Assembly (NCBI GenBank): GCA_029881495.1
Contig: JAOUMJ010000004.1
Span: 28,476 to 92,475, forward strand
DNA: 64,000 bases
Direction: 5' to 3'
Source of the DNA: Nitrospinota bacterium
Lineage (GTDB): Bacteria; Nitrospinota_A; UBA7883; JACRGQ01
In this document: positions 27,821-38,468 of the stretch, one piece after another
Layout: each line of letters starts with the position of its first letter
Numbering within the stretch: position 1 is the stretch's first letter
Translations under genes and position numbers: made by a program
Notes under the pieces: model-generated
The model's database searches: none
What the model saw: only the letters and a program-made list of their open reading frames with translations
Told to the model about the DNA's origin: nothing

Positions 27821-28609
27821 CTACCTCTCCTCTATCTGGTCTATCGGCGTAACGGCATTGACATCCTTTTTCCCCTTTTTAGCTGTGGTTTTCAGGATGA
27901 GAATGCTCGCTTCATAAAGTATCACTATAGGGATAGCCAAAACGACCTGGGTAAAAACATCAGGCGGGGTAATTACCGCCGATATTACAAACGCAGTTAC
28001 GACCAGATAAGGGCGGAACCCGGCGAGCTGTTCCACGGTCACCAGGTCGGCCATGTTCAGGAAAATGACCACGATGGGGAGCTGGAAGACAATTCCGAAT
28101 ACCACCATTAAATTGAGGCAAAACCCAATCACCGCGGAAATAGAGAGCATCGGCAATAGTGTTTCTCCGCCGAACCCAAGAAGAAAGGCCAATCCGTAGG
28201 GGAGTATCATGTTGAAACAGAAGAGGGCGCCGGCTGTGAAGAACAGCGTCGAGAAAAAAATGAATCCTGAGAGGTATTTTTTCTCCTTCTTTAAAAGCCC
28301 GGGTGCCAGAAACGCCCACGCATGGTAGAGGAAGAAGGGGAGGCCCAGAATGCCCGCCGCGTAAAAGGCTATTTTCATATGGACGAAAAAGGCTTCAGTA
28401 GGGCTTATGAAGACCAGTTTACCCCCGGGGAGGAGCGAGGTAAAAGGTGCAAGGAGGCGGTCCGAAACGGCCCATGTTGCGAAGAAAAGGACAAACACCA
28501 TTCCAAGGCAGAGCATCAGCCTTGAGCGAAGCTCCTCAAGGTGCTCGGTAAATGGAACTTTCTCGCCCTCTTTCAGTTTCTTGATCATCATTCTCTCCAG
28601 TGGAATCAT
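27821..28609 (-). CDS. tatC: twin-arginine translocase subunit TatC
   Basis: ~255 aa, 6 TM; N-terminal FTEHLEELRSRL motif typical of TatC. Confidence 0.9.
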   Translation of the reverse strand: MIPLERMMIKKLKEGEKVPFTEHLEELRSRLMLCLGMVFVLFFATWAVSDRLLAPFTSLLPGGKLVFISPTEAFFVHMKIAFYAAGILGLPFFLYHAWAFLAPGLLKKEKKYLSGFIFFSTLFFTAGALFCFNMILPYGLAFLLGFGGETLLPMLSISAVIGFCLNLMVVFGIVFQLPIVVIFLNMADLVTVEQLAGFRPYLVVTAFVISAVITPPDVFTQVVLAIPIVILYEASILILKTTAKKGKKDVNAVTPIDQIEER

Positions 28610-28815
28610 AAGGATAACACGCGATTTTCAGAATGTCTTTTTCGCGATGCATTTTAAATATGAGGGAAGGGTCATCCATGTTTTTTCCCGGTTTTTGGAA
28701 CATCGCCTCGCCAATCCCGGGGAGTTACCCAAACCTGCAATATGGTTTAAACTTGTTATACTTGTTTGCAACGGCTTATCCAGCCGGTATGGATCGAAAT
28801 AGGGAGCATTCGATT

Positions 28816-30957
28816 ATGGATGACAGGTTATTACGGAGATTGGCGGGCGTCAGGCCGGCATATATTGTTCTTGTGTCGGTGCTTGCCTCTGTCAGCCTCA
28901 CCCTGGTAATTGTCTCCATATGCAGTCTCTATTTTTACGGTCGCGTTACTTTCGAGTTTATCGCTACCGGGATCATCGCCTCTTTCTTTGTGGCTTTCTT
29001 GGTCGTCATGTTTCTGCAAAAAATTACGAATAGCATTATGGAAGTGAAGCTCCAGTCGGATTCCATGATCCAATCCCTGGAGAAAAATATCTCCAATATC
29101 ATCCAAAAGAGCAATGACGTCTTCTACAGGACCAACCTGAAGGGGGAGATAGTCTGGATATCTCAATCGGTTCAAAAGGTGATGGGATATTCTCCGGAAG
29201 AGTTGATCGGGAAGGATATTTCCAGTTTTTACGTAAATCCGGAAGAGCGATTGAGGCTCCAGGAGTTGCTGAGGGAGAATGGCGGATTCGTAAAGAATTT
29301 TGAGGCAAAACTCCGGAAGAAGGATGGGAGCGAGATATGGCTCTCAACGGACACCGGTTATTATTACGACGAACACGGGAGCATCGCCGGAGTTGAAGGG
29401 GAGACCAAGGATGTAACCGAAAAGAAGGAGATCGAAAACGCCCTGAGGCTCTCCGAGGAAAAGTACAGAACGCTTATCGAAAATATACAGGAGGGGATAT
29501 TCCTCCTTCAGGAAGGGAAGTTCGTCTACGTAAATGACAGGTTTGCCGAAATGACCGGCTACAAGGTAGCCGAGATAATTGGAAAGGAGTTTGCCCCTTT
29601 CGTGGCCCCGGAAGACAGGAACAAGGTTTTCGAGCGGTACAAAAGGAGGTTGCAGGGGGAAGACGTTCCAAAGGAGTACGAGTTCCGGCTCCTGCATAAG
29701 GATGGCAATGCGCGGGTGGTTGTGCATATGCTGGTGAGTCTCACCCAGTATCAGGGAAAACTGGCAACCACCGGTACGATCACCAATGTATCCGAAAAGC
29801 GGAAGATGGAAACTCTCTATCAAAAAGCCCAAAAACTCGAATCTGTGGGATTGCTGGCTGGCGGCATTGCCCATGATTTCAACAACCTCCTCACCTCGAT
29901 ACTGGGCGGTCTCTCACTGCTGAAGCTTACTATCGACAAGAGCGGAGATGACGAGGATTTGCAGATAGTCACGGAATCTATAAACGCCACTAAGCGCGCG
30001 AAAGACCTCGCAAGACAGCTCCTTTCATTTTCGAAGGGGTCGGAGCCTGTAAAGAAGCTGTTAAGCCTCAAAGATCTCCTGATGGACTGCGTGTCGTTTT
30101 CTCTTCGGGGTTCGTTATCGAATTATTCGTTCGATATTGTCGACGACCTCTGGAACGTGGAGGCCGATGAAGGACAGCTTAACCAGGTATTCAATAATTT
30201 GATAATCAACGCGGAACAGTCAATGCCGGACGGCGGCGTGATAGATGTCTGCGCCTACAATATAAACATATCGTCGCACAGCGGGATACCTCTTCCACCA
30301 GGGAAGTATGTTCAGATTACGGTTGAGGATGCCGGCCACGGAATACCGGATGAATATCTCGACAAGATATTCGATCCCTACTTCACCAGTAAACAGAAGG
30401 GGAGCGGGCTCGGCCTTGCGTCAGCATATTCGATAATCAGGAACCACGGCGGATTTATCGATGTTGAATCCGATCTCGGAAAGGGGAGCAGGTTCCATGT
30501 ATTCGTTCCGGCCAGCGATTTGGCGATAAATGAATACGCCTCTTCTCCAGCGCTTGTGAAAGGCCATGGGAGGGTTCTTGTTATGGATGATGAGGATGTC
30601 GTAAGGAATGTTCTCGGCAGGATGTTAAAGAGGCTGGGGTACGAGACGGAGTATGCCGTCGACGGCGAAGAGGCCGTCAGCATTTACAGGCAAAACCTCG
30701 AAAACGGCACCCGGTTTAAGGCGATAATTACCGATCTCACGATACCCGGCGGGATGGGGGGAGAAAAGGTCTTGAAAATCCTCAAGGAGGCCGACCCTGA
30801 GATCAAGGCGATAGCAACAAGCGGCTACGCGCTTGATCCCATAATGTCGGATTATCCCAAATACGGATTTGCCGGAATTCTTCAAAAACCTTTTGAAATG
30901 GAAAACCTAAGCGTGGTACTGGAAAAGGTGACGGCGGAGAACGGCGGGAAATCATAA
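28816..30957 (+). CDS. hybrid sensor histidine kinase (membrane N-terminus, two PAS, HisKA, HATPase_c, receiver)
   Basis: H-box GIAHDFNNLLTSILGG; N/G boxes (NNLIINAEQSM, DAGHGIPDEYLDKIF, GSGLGLASAYS); C-terminal REC (VLVMDDE ... ITDLTIPGGMGG). ATG 28816 chosen by RBS; ORF track start is 28633. Confidence 0.85.
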   Translation: MDDRLLRRLAGVRPAYIVLVSVLASVSLTLVIVSICSLYFYGRVTFEFIATGIIASFFVAFLVVMFLQKITNSIMEVKLQSDSMIQSLEKNISNIIQKSNDVFYRTNLKGEIVWISQSVQKVMGYSPEELIGKDISSFYVNPEERLRLQELLRENGGFVKNFEAKLRKKDGSEIWLSTDTGYYYDEHGSIAGVEGETKDVTEKKEIENALRLSEEKYRTLIENIQEGIFLLQEGKFVYVNDRFAEMTGYKVAEIIGKEFAPFVAPEDRNKVFERYKRRLQGEDVPKEYEFRLLHKDGNARVVVHMLVSLTQYQGKLATTGTITNVSEKRKMETLYQKAQKLESVGLLAGGIAHDFNNLLTSILGGLSLLKLTIDKSGDDEDLQIVTESINATKRAKDLARQLLSFSKGSEPVKKLLSLKDLLMDCVSFSLRGSLSNYSFDIVDDLWNVEADEGQLNQVFNNLIINAEQSMPDGGVIDVCAYNINISSHSGIPLPPGKYVQITVEDAGHGIPDEYLDKIFDPYFTSKQKGSGLGLASAYSIIRNHGGFIDVESDLGKGSRFHVFVPASDLAINEYASSPALVKGHGRVLVMDDEDVVRNVLGRMLKRLGYETEYAVDGEEAVSIYRQNLENGTRFKAIITDLTIPGGMGGEKVLKILKEADPEIKAIATSGYALDPIMSDYPKYGFAGILQKPFEMENLSVVLEKVTAENGGKS

Positions 30958-31059
30958 CTCCCCTTATTTGGCTCTAATAACAACTTAATAAAGAGCTTTC
31001 CGGGCCTATTCCAGCATTGGGGTATCGTTTCCCGTAACGGCTCGGTTATTATCAATGTA

Positions 31060-32004
31060 ATGAAAACTCTTCTCCACTATCTGAAGCTGGTCGCGATAGT
31101 TGTAGGCGCAGGGACGCTCAGCGGCCTCTTTGTGATGCTTATCGCCCTGAGGGACAAGGGTGAGGTGGAGGTTCCCTACATAGAGAGGGAAGAGATAGTC
31201 ACGGCCCTTGAGAAGATATCTTCGGTTGGGCTGAACCTCAAGATGACCGAACTTGCCTATCACGATCATCTGCCGCGAAATTATGTGATAAGCCAGAATC
31301 CCGAAGCGGGGAAGGGGCTAAAGCCGGGGCGGGATGTCCGTGTTGTTGTCAGCAAGGGTGTGCGTGATTTTGTCATGCCGGACGTAAGGGAGATGTCGCT
31401 TCGGCAGGCAAAAAACATTCTTTCCCAGCGCGGCATGAAGATCTCCCAGGTAGAGGAGGCGCATTCCGATGTGAAGGAGGGGTATGTCATCGTCCAGTCC
31501 CCTCCGAGAGGGAGAAGGATAGATAAGGAGGCGCGCGTGGAGCTTTTTGTCAGCATCGGCCCGTGGCCGGAAAAATTCATCCTCCCCGATTTCCGCGGGG
31601 ACGCGGCGGGGGACGCGGCGAGCGAGATACAGATGGCGGGGTTGAAACTTGGAAAGCTCCGCTACTCCAGCGAAGGGGACGGTTTGCCGGATACTGTTGT
31701 GGCGCAGGAGCCGACAGCAGGTAAACCTGTAGAAAAGGATGAAGAGATATCACTCGTTATAAAGAAGGAGAAGTCCTCCGCATCAAAGAAGGGGCGAACC
31801 TATACCGTATACAACTACACGGTTCCTTCAAACGCCTCCGGCACCGTCCGCGTAAAGGCGGAGAACGTCGACGGCGAAAAGGATATCTATCTCCGCTCCC
31901 ACAAGGGGGGACAGACGATATCCATCCTTGTGGAGGTTGCCGGCAAAACAACGGTAAGGATATTCCTTGGCGACGAGCTGATGGAAGTTAAGGATTTTCA
32001 GTAA
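31060..32004 (+). CDS. membrane-anchored PASTA-domain protein (no kinase or transpeptidase domain)
   Basis: N-terminal TM helix followed by PASTA-like repeats (VPDVREMSLRQAKNILSQRGMKI; LPDFRGDAAGDAASEIQMAGLKLG). Confidence 0.6.
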   Translation: MKTLLHYLKLVAIVVGAGTLSGLFVMLIALRDKGEVEVPYIEREEIVTALEKISSVGLNLKMTELAYHDHLPRNYVISQNPEAGKGLKPGRDVRVVVSKGVRDFVMPDVREMSLRQAKNILSQRGMKISQVEEAHSDVKEGYVIVQSPPRGRRIDKEARVELFVSIGPWPEKFILPDFRGDAAGDAASEIQMAGLKLGKLRYSSEGDGLPDTVVAQEPTAGKPVEKDEEISLVIKKEKSSASKKGRTYTVYNYTVPSNASGTVRVKAENVDGEKDIYLRSHKGGQTISILVEVAGKTTVRIFLGDELMEVKDFQ

Positions 32005-32114
32005 TCGCGGAATTTGACCCGACGGCGGCAAGGAATGGTAAACTAGACCTCGTTTTTTACAGGATATTCCTTGTTGCGTTAAAGAAATAGTTTTCGTATT
32101 TAGGGGAAAGACAA

Positions 32115-32762
32115 ATGGCTCTAATAGCGCCCTCGATACTCTCGGCGGATTTCGCACGCCTCGGCGAAGAGGTAAAGGCGGTAGAGAAAGCCGGCGCCGA
32201 CTGGATACATGTCGACGTCATGGACGGCCATTTCGTTCCGAACATAACCATCGGTCCGCTTGTTGTCTCCGCCGTAAGGCCTGTCACGAAACTCACGCTC
32301 GACGTGCATCTGATGATAGAGAACGTCGATACATACATACCGGAGTTCGCAAAGGCTGGCGCCGATTACATCACCATCCATCAGGAGGCGGGGAAACATC
32401 TCCACCGCTCGCTGATGATGATAAGATCGCTCGGTAAAAAAGCGGGTATCTCGCTAAATCCGGCCACGCCTGTGGAGAGCATCCGTTCCATCGCAAAGGA
32501 GGTGGACCTTGTTCTTCTCATGTCGGTAAATCCCGGGTTCGGCGGGCAGTCTTTCATCGAAAGCTCCATCGCCAAGGGGAAGGAGCTTAGAAAACTGCTC
32601 GATGAAACAGGCTCGAAGGCCCTTATCGAGATGGACGGCGGCATCGGCACCGGGAACGCAAAAACCGTCAGGGAAGAGGGTTGCGTAGATGTTATCGTCG
32701 CCGGCTCCGCGGTCTTCGGCTCGAAGGACTACGCGGACGTGATCGCAAAGCTGAGAGGGTAG
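32115..32762 (+). CDS. rpe: ribulose-phosphate 3-epimerase
   Basis: [28 protein letters not shown] and [10 protein letters not shown] motifs. Confidence 0.92.
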   Translation: MALIAPSILSADFARLGEEVKAVEKAGADWIHVDVMDGHFVPNITIGPLVVSAVRPVTKLTLDVHLMIENVDTYIPEFAKAGADYITIHQEAGKHLHRSLMMIRSLGKKAGISLNPATPVESIRSIAKEVDLVLLMSVNPGFGGQSFIESSIAKGKELRKLLDETGSKALIEMDGGIGTGNAKTVREEGCVDVIVAGSAVFGSKDYADVIAKLRG

Positions 32763-32784
32763 CCTCCGGCGCATCGTGACCTAT

Positions 32785-32809
32785 CTTTCATATAGATGAA
32801 AGCTTTTCC
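32785..32809 (+). terminator. candidate intrinsic terminator downstream of rpe
   Basis: 7-bp stem CTTTCAT/ATGAAAG with 4-nt loop followed by CTTTTCC; T-run is short. Confidence 0.4.
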
Positions 32810-32879
32810 TGTAAACCATCCATGCGCATCCACATTTTTTTATTTAATGGAAAGTTGCAGATGGGGTAATAAAACCGGG

Positions 32880-33464
32880 TCAGCTTGAAAGCGTTTTGAG
32901 CGACTGCCTGATTATCTCCGATATGGAGAGTTCCTTTTCAGGCGCCGATACCGCCATTACCGCTTTTTCCGCCTGCGCCCTTTTGTAGCCGAGGTTCACG
33001 AGCGCTTCTACAGAATCCCGTATATCGGCGCTTCCCGACAGCGCGGTTCCGGCGCCGGTCGGCGGTGCCATTTTATCCTTCAGCTCGATTATGATCCTTT
33101 CGGCGGTCTTCTTGCCGAGGCCGTGAACGCGGGAGAGTTTCGCCACGTCGTTATTCGCGATTGCCGATTCGAGGTTGCTTGAGCTGATGCCGGAGAGTGT
33201 CTGTATAGCGAGCTTCGGACCGACGCGCGAGACGGTTATCAGTTTGTTGAAAACATCCTTCTCATCGGTATCGAAAAATCCGTAGAGGTGCAAAGCGTCT
33301 TCCCTGGCTATCGTGACAACATGAAGCCTTGCGTTCTCCCCCCTTTGCGGAAGTTTTTCATAGGTGTTGAGCGATATGAAAAGCCGGTACCCGACCCCAC
33401 CTACATCGAGGATGACCTGCGTCGGTTTTTTCTCCGCCACAATTCCGGTAAGCAGGGCGATCAT
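32880..33464 (-). CDS. ruvA: Holliday junction DNA helicase subunit RuvA
   Basis: MIALLTGIVAEKKPTQVILDVGGVGY N-terminus matches RuvA; start overlaps ruvC stop (ATGA). ORF track start is 33509. Confidence 0.85.
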   Translation of the reverse strand: MIALLTGIVAEKKPTQVILDVGGVGYRLFISLNTYEKLPQRGENARLHVVTIAREDALHLYGFFDTDEKDVFNKLITVSRVGPKLAIQTLSGISSSNLESAIANNDVAKLSRVHGLGKKTAERIIIELKDKMAPPTGAGTALSGSADIRDSVEALVNLGYKRAQAEKAVMAVSAPEKELSISEIIRQSLKTLSS

Positions 33465-33955
33465 TTGAGCGCAAGCCTCTTCAACGCGGGCGCCGAATGT
33501 ATATGGCATATCGCGACGCCGAGCGCATCGGCGGCATCGGCAGGCTTTGGAGCCTCTTTGAGCGAAAGGAGACGGCGCACCATCCCGGCGACCTGATGCT
33601 TCTCCGCCTTCCCGTGTCCCGTAAGCGCCTTTTTCACCTGAAGCGCGCTGTATTCATATACGGCGATGCCGCGGTTTACGGCGGGGAGCATCGCGGCTGA
33701 GCGCGCCTGACCAAGAAGCAGTGCCGATCTCGGATTCTCGGCGGTGAATATGTTTTCTATCGCCGCTTCGTCCGGAGAATATTTTTCGATTATTTCGCTG
33801 AAGCTCCTGTATATTTCACCCAGCTTTTCTGGGAGATTTTTGGACGGGTCTGTCTTTACCGCGCCGAAAGCGACGAGGGAAAGCCTGTTCCCTTTTTCCT
33901 CAACGAGCCCCCACCCCGCTATTCTGCTTCCCGGATCTATGCCAAGGGTAAGGAT
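33461..33955 (-). CDS. ruvC: crossover junction endodeoxyribonuclease RuvC; no canonical start codon in frame (see findings)
   Basis: Continuous frame encodes (I)LTLGIDPGSRIAGWG...GQARSAAMLPAVNRGIAVYEY...; ORF track only reports the C-terminal 76 aa from an internal ATG at 33691. The 5' boundary 33955 is an ATC codon. Confidence 0.7.
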   Translation of the reverse strand: MLTLGIDPGSRIAGWGLVEEKGNRLSLVAFGAVKTDPSKNLPEKLGEIYRSFSEIIEKYSPDEAAIENIFTAENPRSALLLGQARSAAMLPAVNRGIAVYEYSALQVKKALTGHGKAEKHQVAGMVRRLLSLKEAPKPADAADALGVAICHIHSAPALKRLALK

Positions 33956-33960
33956 GTCCG

Positions 33961-34710
33961 TTACTCCGAAAGCTTCTTCATGATTTCGTCGGAGATGTCG
34001 AAATTTGCGTAGACCTTTTGAACGTCGTCGTGGTCCTCGATGCTATCCATCAGTTTGAGCATTGCCGCCGCTTTGCTCTCGTCGAGGCTTACGGTATTTT
34101 GAGGGATCATTGTCAGCTCGCATTCTGTCGGTTCCAAGCCTTTTTTCTGAATGGCTTCCCTTACCGCTTCGAAATTCGAGGGTTCGGTCCTTATCTCGTA
34201 AACATCATCTTCGGTCTTGATGTCCTCCGCCCCTGCTTCGAGAGCCAACTCTATCAGCTCATCTTCAGATATCTGGTCGACCGGAATTTCGATGTACCCC
34301 TTGTTGTCGAATAGATAGCTCACACTGCCGGTAGTCCCCATGCTCCCTCCGCTTTTGCCGAGAAGGAGCCGTATTTCCGGGAGTGTTCTGTTCTTGTTGT
34401 CTGTCGCGCACTGAATGAGGATGGCCACTCCCCCCGGCCCGTATCCTTCATAAGCGACCTCTTCTATCATCTGTCCGGGGAGTTCTCCCGTCCCTTTCTT
34501 GATGGCTCTGGTAATGTTATCGGCCGGCATGTTCACCGATTTCGCGGCGTACACGGCTGTTCTTAGCCTCGGGTTGGCATCTATATCTCCTCCTCCCGAC
34601 TTTGCGGCAAGAGTTATCTCCTTGATATATTTTCCAAAAATCTTCCCCTTTTTCTGGTCGGCGGCCCCCTTTTTCCGTTTTATCGTCGACCATTTTGAAT
34701 GACCTGACAT
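33961..34710 (-). CDS. yebC: YebC/PmpR family DNA-binding regulator
   Basis: [26 protein letters not shown]-terminus is the YebC signature; 249 aa. Confidence 0.9.
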   Translation of the reverse strand: MSGHSKWSTIKRKKGAADQKKGKIFGKYIKEITLAAKSGGGDIDANPRLRTAVYAAKSVNMPADNITRAIKKGTGELPGQMIEEVAYEGYGPGGVAILIQCATDNKNRTLPEIRLLLGKSGGSMGTTGSVSYLFDNKGYIEIPVDQISEDELIELALEAGAEDIKTEDDVYEIRTEPSNFEAVREAIQKKGLEPTECELTMIPQNTVSLDESKAAAMLKLMDSIEDHDDVQKVYANFDISDEIMKKLSE

Positions 34711-34837
34711 CGTAATGCTCCCAAAAAGTAAGGTTGTATCTGTAATTTGCTGTTGAGAATGTTATCACAGCTGAAATGCGCCGCATAGCGGACAACTTTT
34801 TCCTCTGAGTTGATCTGATTTCTGCGGGGAGGCAGGC

Positions 34838-35098
34838 TCATCCTTTCCGGATTTTTTCGATATCCTCCTCCCCCTTCGCCTCTATCTTGCGGATGTCTGC
34901 TGAGTATCTTTCGGTGATGTCGTCACGTTCCGCCGGATTGGAGGTTTTTGACAACGCCTCCCGAAACATTATCTCCTCCTGGGCGAGCCTCGCGGCGGTT
35001 TTGGAGCGCACTTCGGCTATCCCCTTTCTTTGTTCGTCGGTCAGTTTGCGGTTCTCTCCACCGGATCTTTCCATGGCGAGTTCTATGGCGCTTTTCAT
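34838..35098 (-). CDS. hypothetical small charged coiled-coil protein
   Basis: ORF on minus strand divergent from ruvB; highly charged (K/E/R-rich), no family recognised. Confidence 0.3.
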   Translation of the reverse strand: MKSAIELAMERSGGENRKLTDEQRKGIAEVRSKTAARLAQEEIMFREALSKTSNPAERDDITERYSADIRKIEAKGEEDIEKIRKG

Positions 35099-35194
35099 TA
35101 CTCCCTCCGATTCAGAAACATTCTTTTCCAGATGATACATTATTTCGCGCCGCTTATCTGGTCAAGTACGCGCGCGCAAGGTTATAATCCGGTC

Positions 35195-36211
35195 ATGTCC
35201 GAATTGATCGAACCGCAGGGAGAATCGCCGGCAGATGTCGTCATTGATGAAAGCCTCAGGCCGAAATCGATCGACGATTACGTCGGGCAACAGAGGATAA
35301 AGGAAAACCTCAAGATATCGATAGCCGCCACGCGCAAACGTGGCGAAGCGCTCGACCACATCCTTTTTTACGGACCTCCCGGCCTCGGAAAGACCACTCT
35401 CGCCTACATAATGGCAAACGAGCTTGAAGTGAACATAAGGGCCACCTCCGGCCCTGCCATAGAAAAAGCGGGAGACCTCGCCGCAATACTTACCAATATC
35501 GAAGAGAACGAGATAGTCTTTATCGACGAGATACACAGGCTTGCCCCGCCGGTGGAGGAGATACTCTATCCCGCCATGGAGGACGGGAATATAGATCTCG
35601 TTATCGGGCAGGGCCCGTCGGCAAGGTCGGTAAAGCTGGAAATCCCGCCATTCACGCTGGTAGGAGCCACAACGCGAGCCGGGCTTTTAACCTCCCCTTT
35701 AAGGGACAGGTTCGGCATTGTTCACCGTCTCGAATTCTATACCGAGGGGGAGCTTGCGCAGATAGTCAAGCGTTCAGCCGGAATCTTAGGCGCTCCTCTC
35801 GACGATGAAGGGGCAAGGGAGATCGCGCGCCGCTCGCGGGGAACCCCCCGCATCGCCAACCGGCTCCTTAGGCGCGTCCGTGATTACGCGGAGGTAAAGG
35901 GTGACGGCAGGGTAACCATGGAGATAGCGGGTCTCGCGCTCCGCATGATAGATATCGACGAAATGGGATTCGACAGAATGGATAGAATGCTTCTCCTTGC
36001 GATAATAGAAAAGTTCGGTGGAGGTCCGGTAGGGCTGGATACGCTTGCCGCCGCCATCAACGAGGAGAAGGATACGATAGAGGATGTCCTGGAGCCGTAT
36101 CTCATCCAGGAGGGATTTCTCCAGAGGACACCTCGCGGAAGGGTCGCCTGTGAAGCGGCATATCGTCACCTGAAAAAAAATCCCCCTTCACGACAAAAAG
36201 AGATCTTTTAG
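35195..36211 (+). CDS. ruvB: Holliday junction DNA helicase RuvB
   Basis: Walker [12 protein letters not shown], Walker [11 protein letters not shown], sensor and C-terminal winged helix; ATG at 35195 (MSELIEPQ). Confidence 0.92.
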   Translation: MSELIEPQGESPADVVIDESLRPKSIDDYVGQQRIKENLKISIAATRKRGEALDHILFYGPPGLGKTTLAYIMANELEVNIRATSGPAIEKAGDLAAILTNIEENEIVFIDEIHRLAPPVEEILYPAMEDGNIDLVIGQGPSARSVKLEIPPFTLVGATTRAGLLTSPLRDRFGIVHRLEFYTEGELAQIVKRSAGILGAPLDDEGAREIARRSRGTPRIANRLLRRVRDYAEVKGDGRVTMEIAGLALRMIDIDEMGFDRMDRMLLLAIIEKFGGGPVGLDTLAAAINEEKDTIEDVLEPYLIQEGFLQRTPRGRVACEAAYRHLKKNPPSRQKEIF

Positions 36212-36446
36212 GGCTACTCGAAAGAAGCCCTTTTCGACAGAGCCGTCCGGGGAAAACAGCCTCTCTCCCCCAACGAAATCTAAAAAGAGACTGTAACGGA
36301 TGTTGCGACACTCGTATTTCCGTTACAGACAAATATAGTTATTTTGTATATAATTTTCCAATCTGCGCTTTAGCACAGTTTAAACCAGCGGTGTCTCTCT
36401 TTTTGCGGTTTTAAGCTGGTTTTATTTTATTTATGGGGAGAGCTAA

Positions 36447-38444
36447 ATGAGTTCGTATTTTAAGAGTTCTGAATCTTGTGTCAGGTTTTTGATGCGTGTA
36501 AATATTTTGATTTTATCTCTGTTCATTAGTGCTGTCTTTAATCCATCGCCTGCGTATGCGGAAGTGCAGGTGGTTGCGTCGAACGATCTCTTCGATATGG
36601 ACATAGTCGACCTCATGGAACTTGCTGTCACCACCGCGTCGAGAAAATCCGAGAAGCTTGTGCATACCTCCTCGGCAGTATATGTAATTACATCCGAGGC
36701 TATCAGGAACAGCGGAGCGACGACCATACCCGAAGCGCTGAGACTTGCGCCCGGGCTTCAGGTAGCGAGAATGGGATCGCACAGCTGGGCGATAACGTCG
36801 CGCGGTTTCAACAATGCATACGCAAACAAGCTCCTCGTATTGATAGACGGGCGGAGCGTATACACACCTCTCTTTGCGGGGGTCTACTGGGATGAGCAGG
36901 ATACCCTGATGGAGGATATCGACAGGATAGAGGTGGTCCGAGGTCCCGGCGGCACCATGTGGGGGGCGAACGCCGTGAACGGGGTGATAAACATCATCAC
37001 GAAAAAGGCAAACGAAACGGAGGGGACACTCACCTATATCGGAGGGGGCGATTTTGAAAAGAAATTTGCCGGTTTAAGGTATGGCGGGAAGCTGGGTGAA
37101 AACAGCTCGTACCGCATGTTCACGAAATATGACGACAGAGGCTCACTGGTAAAAAATGGTACTGATGAAAACATAAACGACGATTGGGATACCGGGAGAT
37201 TCGGATTCAGGATAGATTCAGAACCTTCCAGTACGAACACGTTCATGTTGCAGGGTGACATCTTCAAAAAGAGGAATGATTACACCTCAGACTCGCAGAC
37301 ACTGAAGTACGGCGGGGATATCGTCGGAAATTGGAGCCATACCATCTCGGAGAAATCAAAGACCGATTTGCAGTTTTATTACGACAGGACCGAAATGTTC
37401 GACGAGGATTCCTCGAGGATAATCGAAACGCTGGATCTTGATTTTCAGCACCACCTCTCTGCGGGTGACAGGCATGATTTGAGCTGGGGAGCCGGGATGA
37501 GAAACATCAGGTTTGATAATGAAAATACCTCCCCCCCCATTTTCTACGATCCGGCGAAGCGGGAGGACAGCCTGACAAACGTTTTTTTGCAGGACAAGAT
37601 AGCCGTTTCCCCCGGCCTGTTTTACTGGACTGTCGGGGCAAAGGTTGAGAACAATCCCTACACGGGGGTTGAGTACCAGCCGAATACCAGGTTCCTTTAC
37701 ACACCGGGTGAGAAGAACGTCTTTTGGGGTGCGGTATCAAGGGCTACCAAAACCCCCACGCGCGCCGACATGGACATGGGGATGTATAACTCAAAAGGGG
37801 GGCTTTTCCTAGTTCCGAAGAAGGATATGGCGTCGGAAATTCTCGTCGCCTACGAGCTTGGCCACCGCGCGATGCCGTCGGAAAAACTTTCATTTGATAC
37901 CACCATCTTCTACAACGACTACGACAAACTTGAAACTACCGAATGCGGATTTGCCGGCGGTTCCATGCAGTGCTACCAGGACAACCAGATGTACGGAACC
38001 ACCCACGGATTTGAAGCGGCCGCGAATTGGAGCCCGGTCCATGACTGGGTGCTCACCGCTACCTACACGTTCCTTGAGATGGATATGAAACTTCTCGATG
38101 GTTCCGAATCGATATACGCCACCGACGAGATGGAGTGGGAAAACCCCAAACAGCAGGCAAGGCTCAACTCCTATATCAAGCTCCCCTATAACATGCAGTT
38201 TGATTTGGCGGTATTTCATTCCGCCCCCGTAAGTTTCCAGCTATACACCGGCGAATACAAGCTGGCAGGCTACACGCGCGTAGATACCAGGCTGTCATGG
38301 AACGCGGGGAACGGATTTGTCACCTCGCTTTTTGTACAGGACGTGCTTAACGAATCAGGGCGCGGGGAATATAAAGGGGCAAGTTACGATCCATCTACTG
38401 ACGTGGAAAGAAATGTATATCTGAAAGTTTCGTTTGAAAAGTAA
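36447..38444 (+). CDS. TonB-dependent outer membrane receptor
   Basis: Signal peptide; plug domain motifs (VYVITSEAIRNSGATTIPEALRLAPGL, NKLLVLIDGRSVYTP, IEVVRGPGGTMWGANAVNGVINIITKK); ~600-aa barrel. RBS ggggagag before ATG. Confidence 0.85.
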   Translation: MSSYFKSSESCVRFLMRVNILILSLFISAVFNPSPAYAEVQVVASNDLFDMDIVDLMELAVTTASRKSEKLVHTSSAVYVITSEAIRNSGATTIPEALRLAPGLQVARMGSHSWAITSRGFNNAYANKLLVLIDGRSVYTPLFAGVYWDEQDTLMEDIDRIEVVRGPGGTMWGANAVNGVINIITKKANETEGTLTYIGGGDFEKKFAGLRYGGKLGENSSYRMFTKYDDRGSLVKNGTDENINDDWDTGRFGFRIDSEPSSTNTFMLQGDIFKKRNDYTSDSQTLKYGGDIVGNWSHTISEKSKTDLQFYYDRTEMFDEDSSRIIETLDLDFQHHLSAGDRHDLSWGAGMRNIRFDNENTSPPIFYDPAKREDSLTNVFLQDKIAVSPGLFYWTVGAKVENNPYTGVEYQPNTRFLYTPGEKNVFWGAVSRATKTPTRADMDMGMYNSKGGLFLVPKKDMASEILVAYELGHRAMPSEKLSFDTTIFYNDYDKLETTECGFAGGSMQCYQDNQMYGTTHGFEAAANWSPVHDWVLTATYTFLEMDMKLLDGSESIYATDEMEWENPKQQARLNSYIKLPYNMQFDLAVFHSAPVSFQLYTGEYKLAGYTRVDTRLSWNAGNGFVTSLFVQDVLNESGRGEYKGASYDPSTDVERNVYLKVSFEK

Positions 38445-38468
38445 ACCGGGCAGGGGAGCATCGGAATT

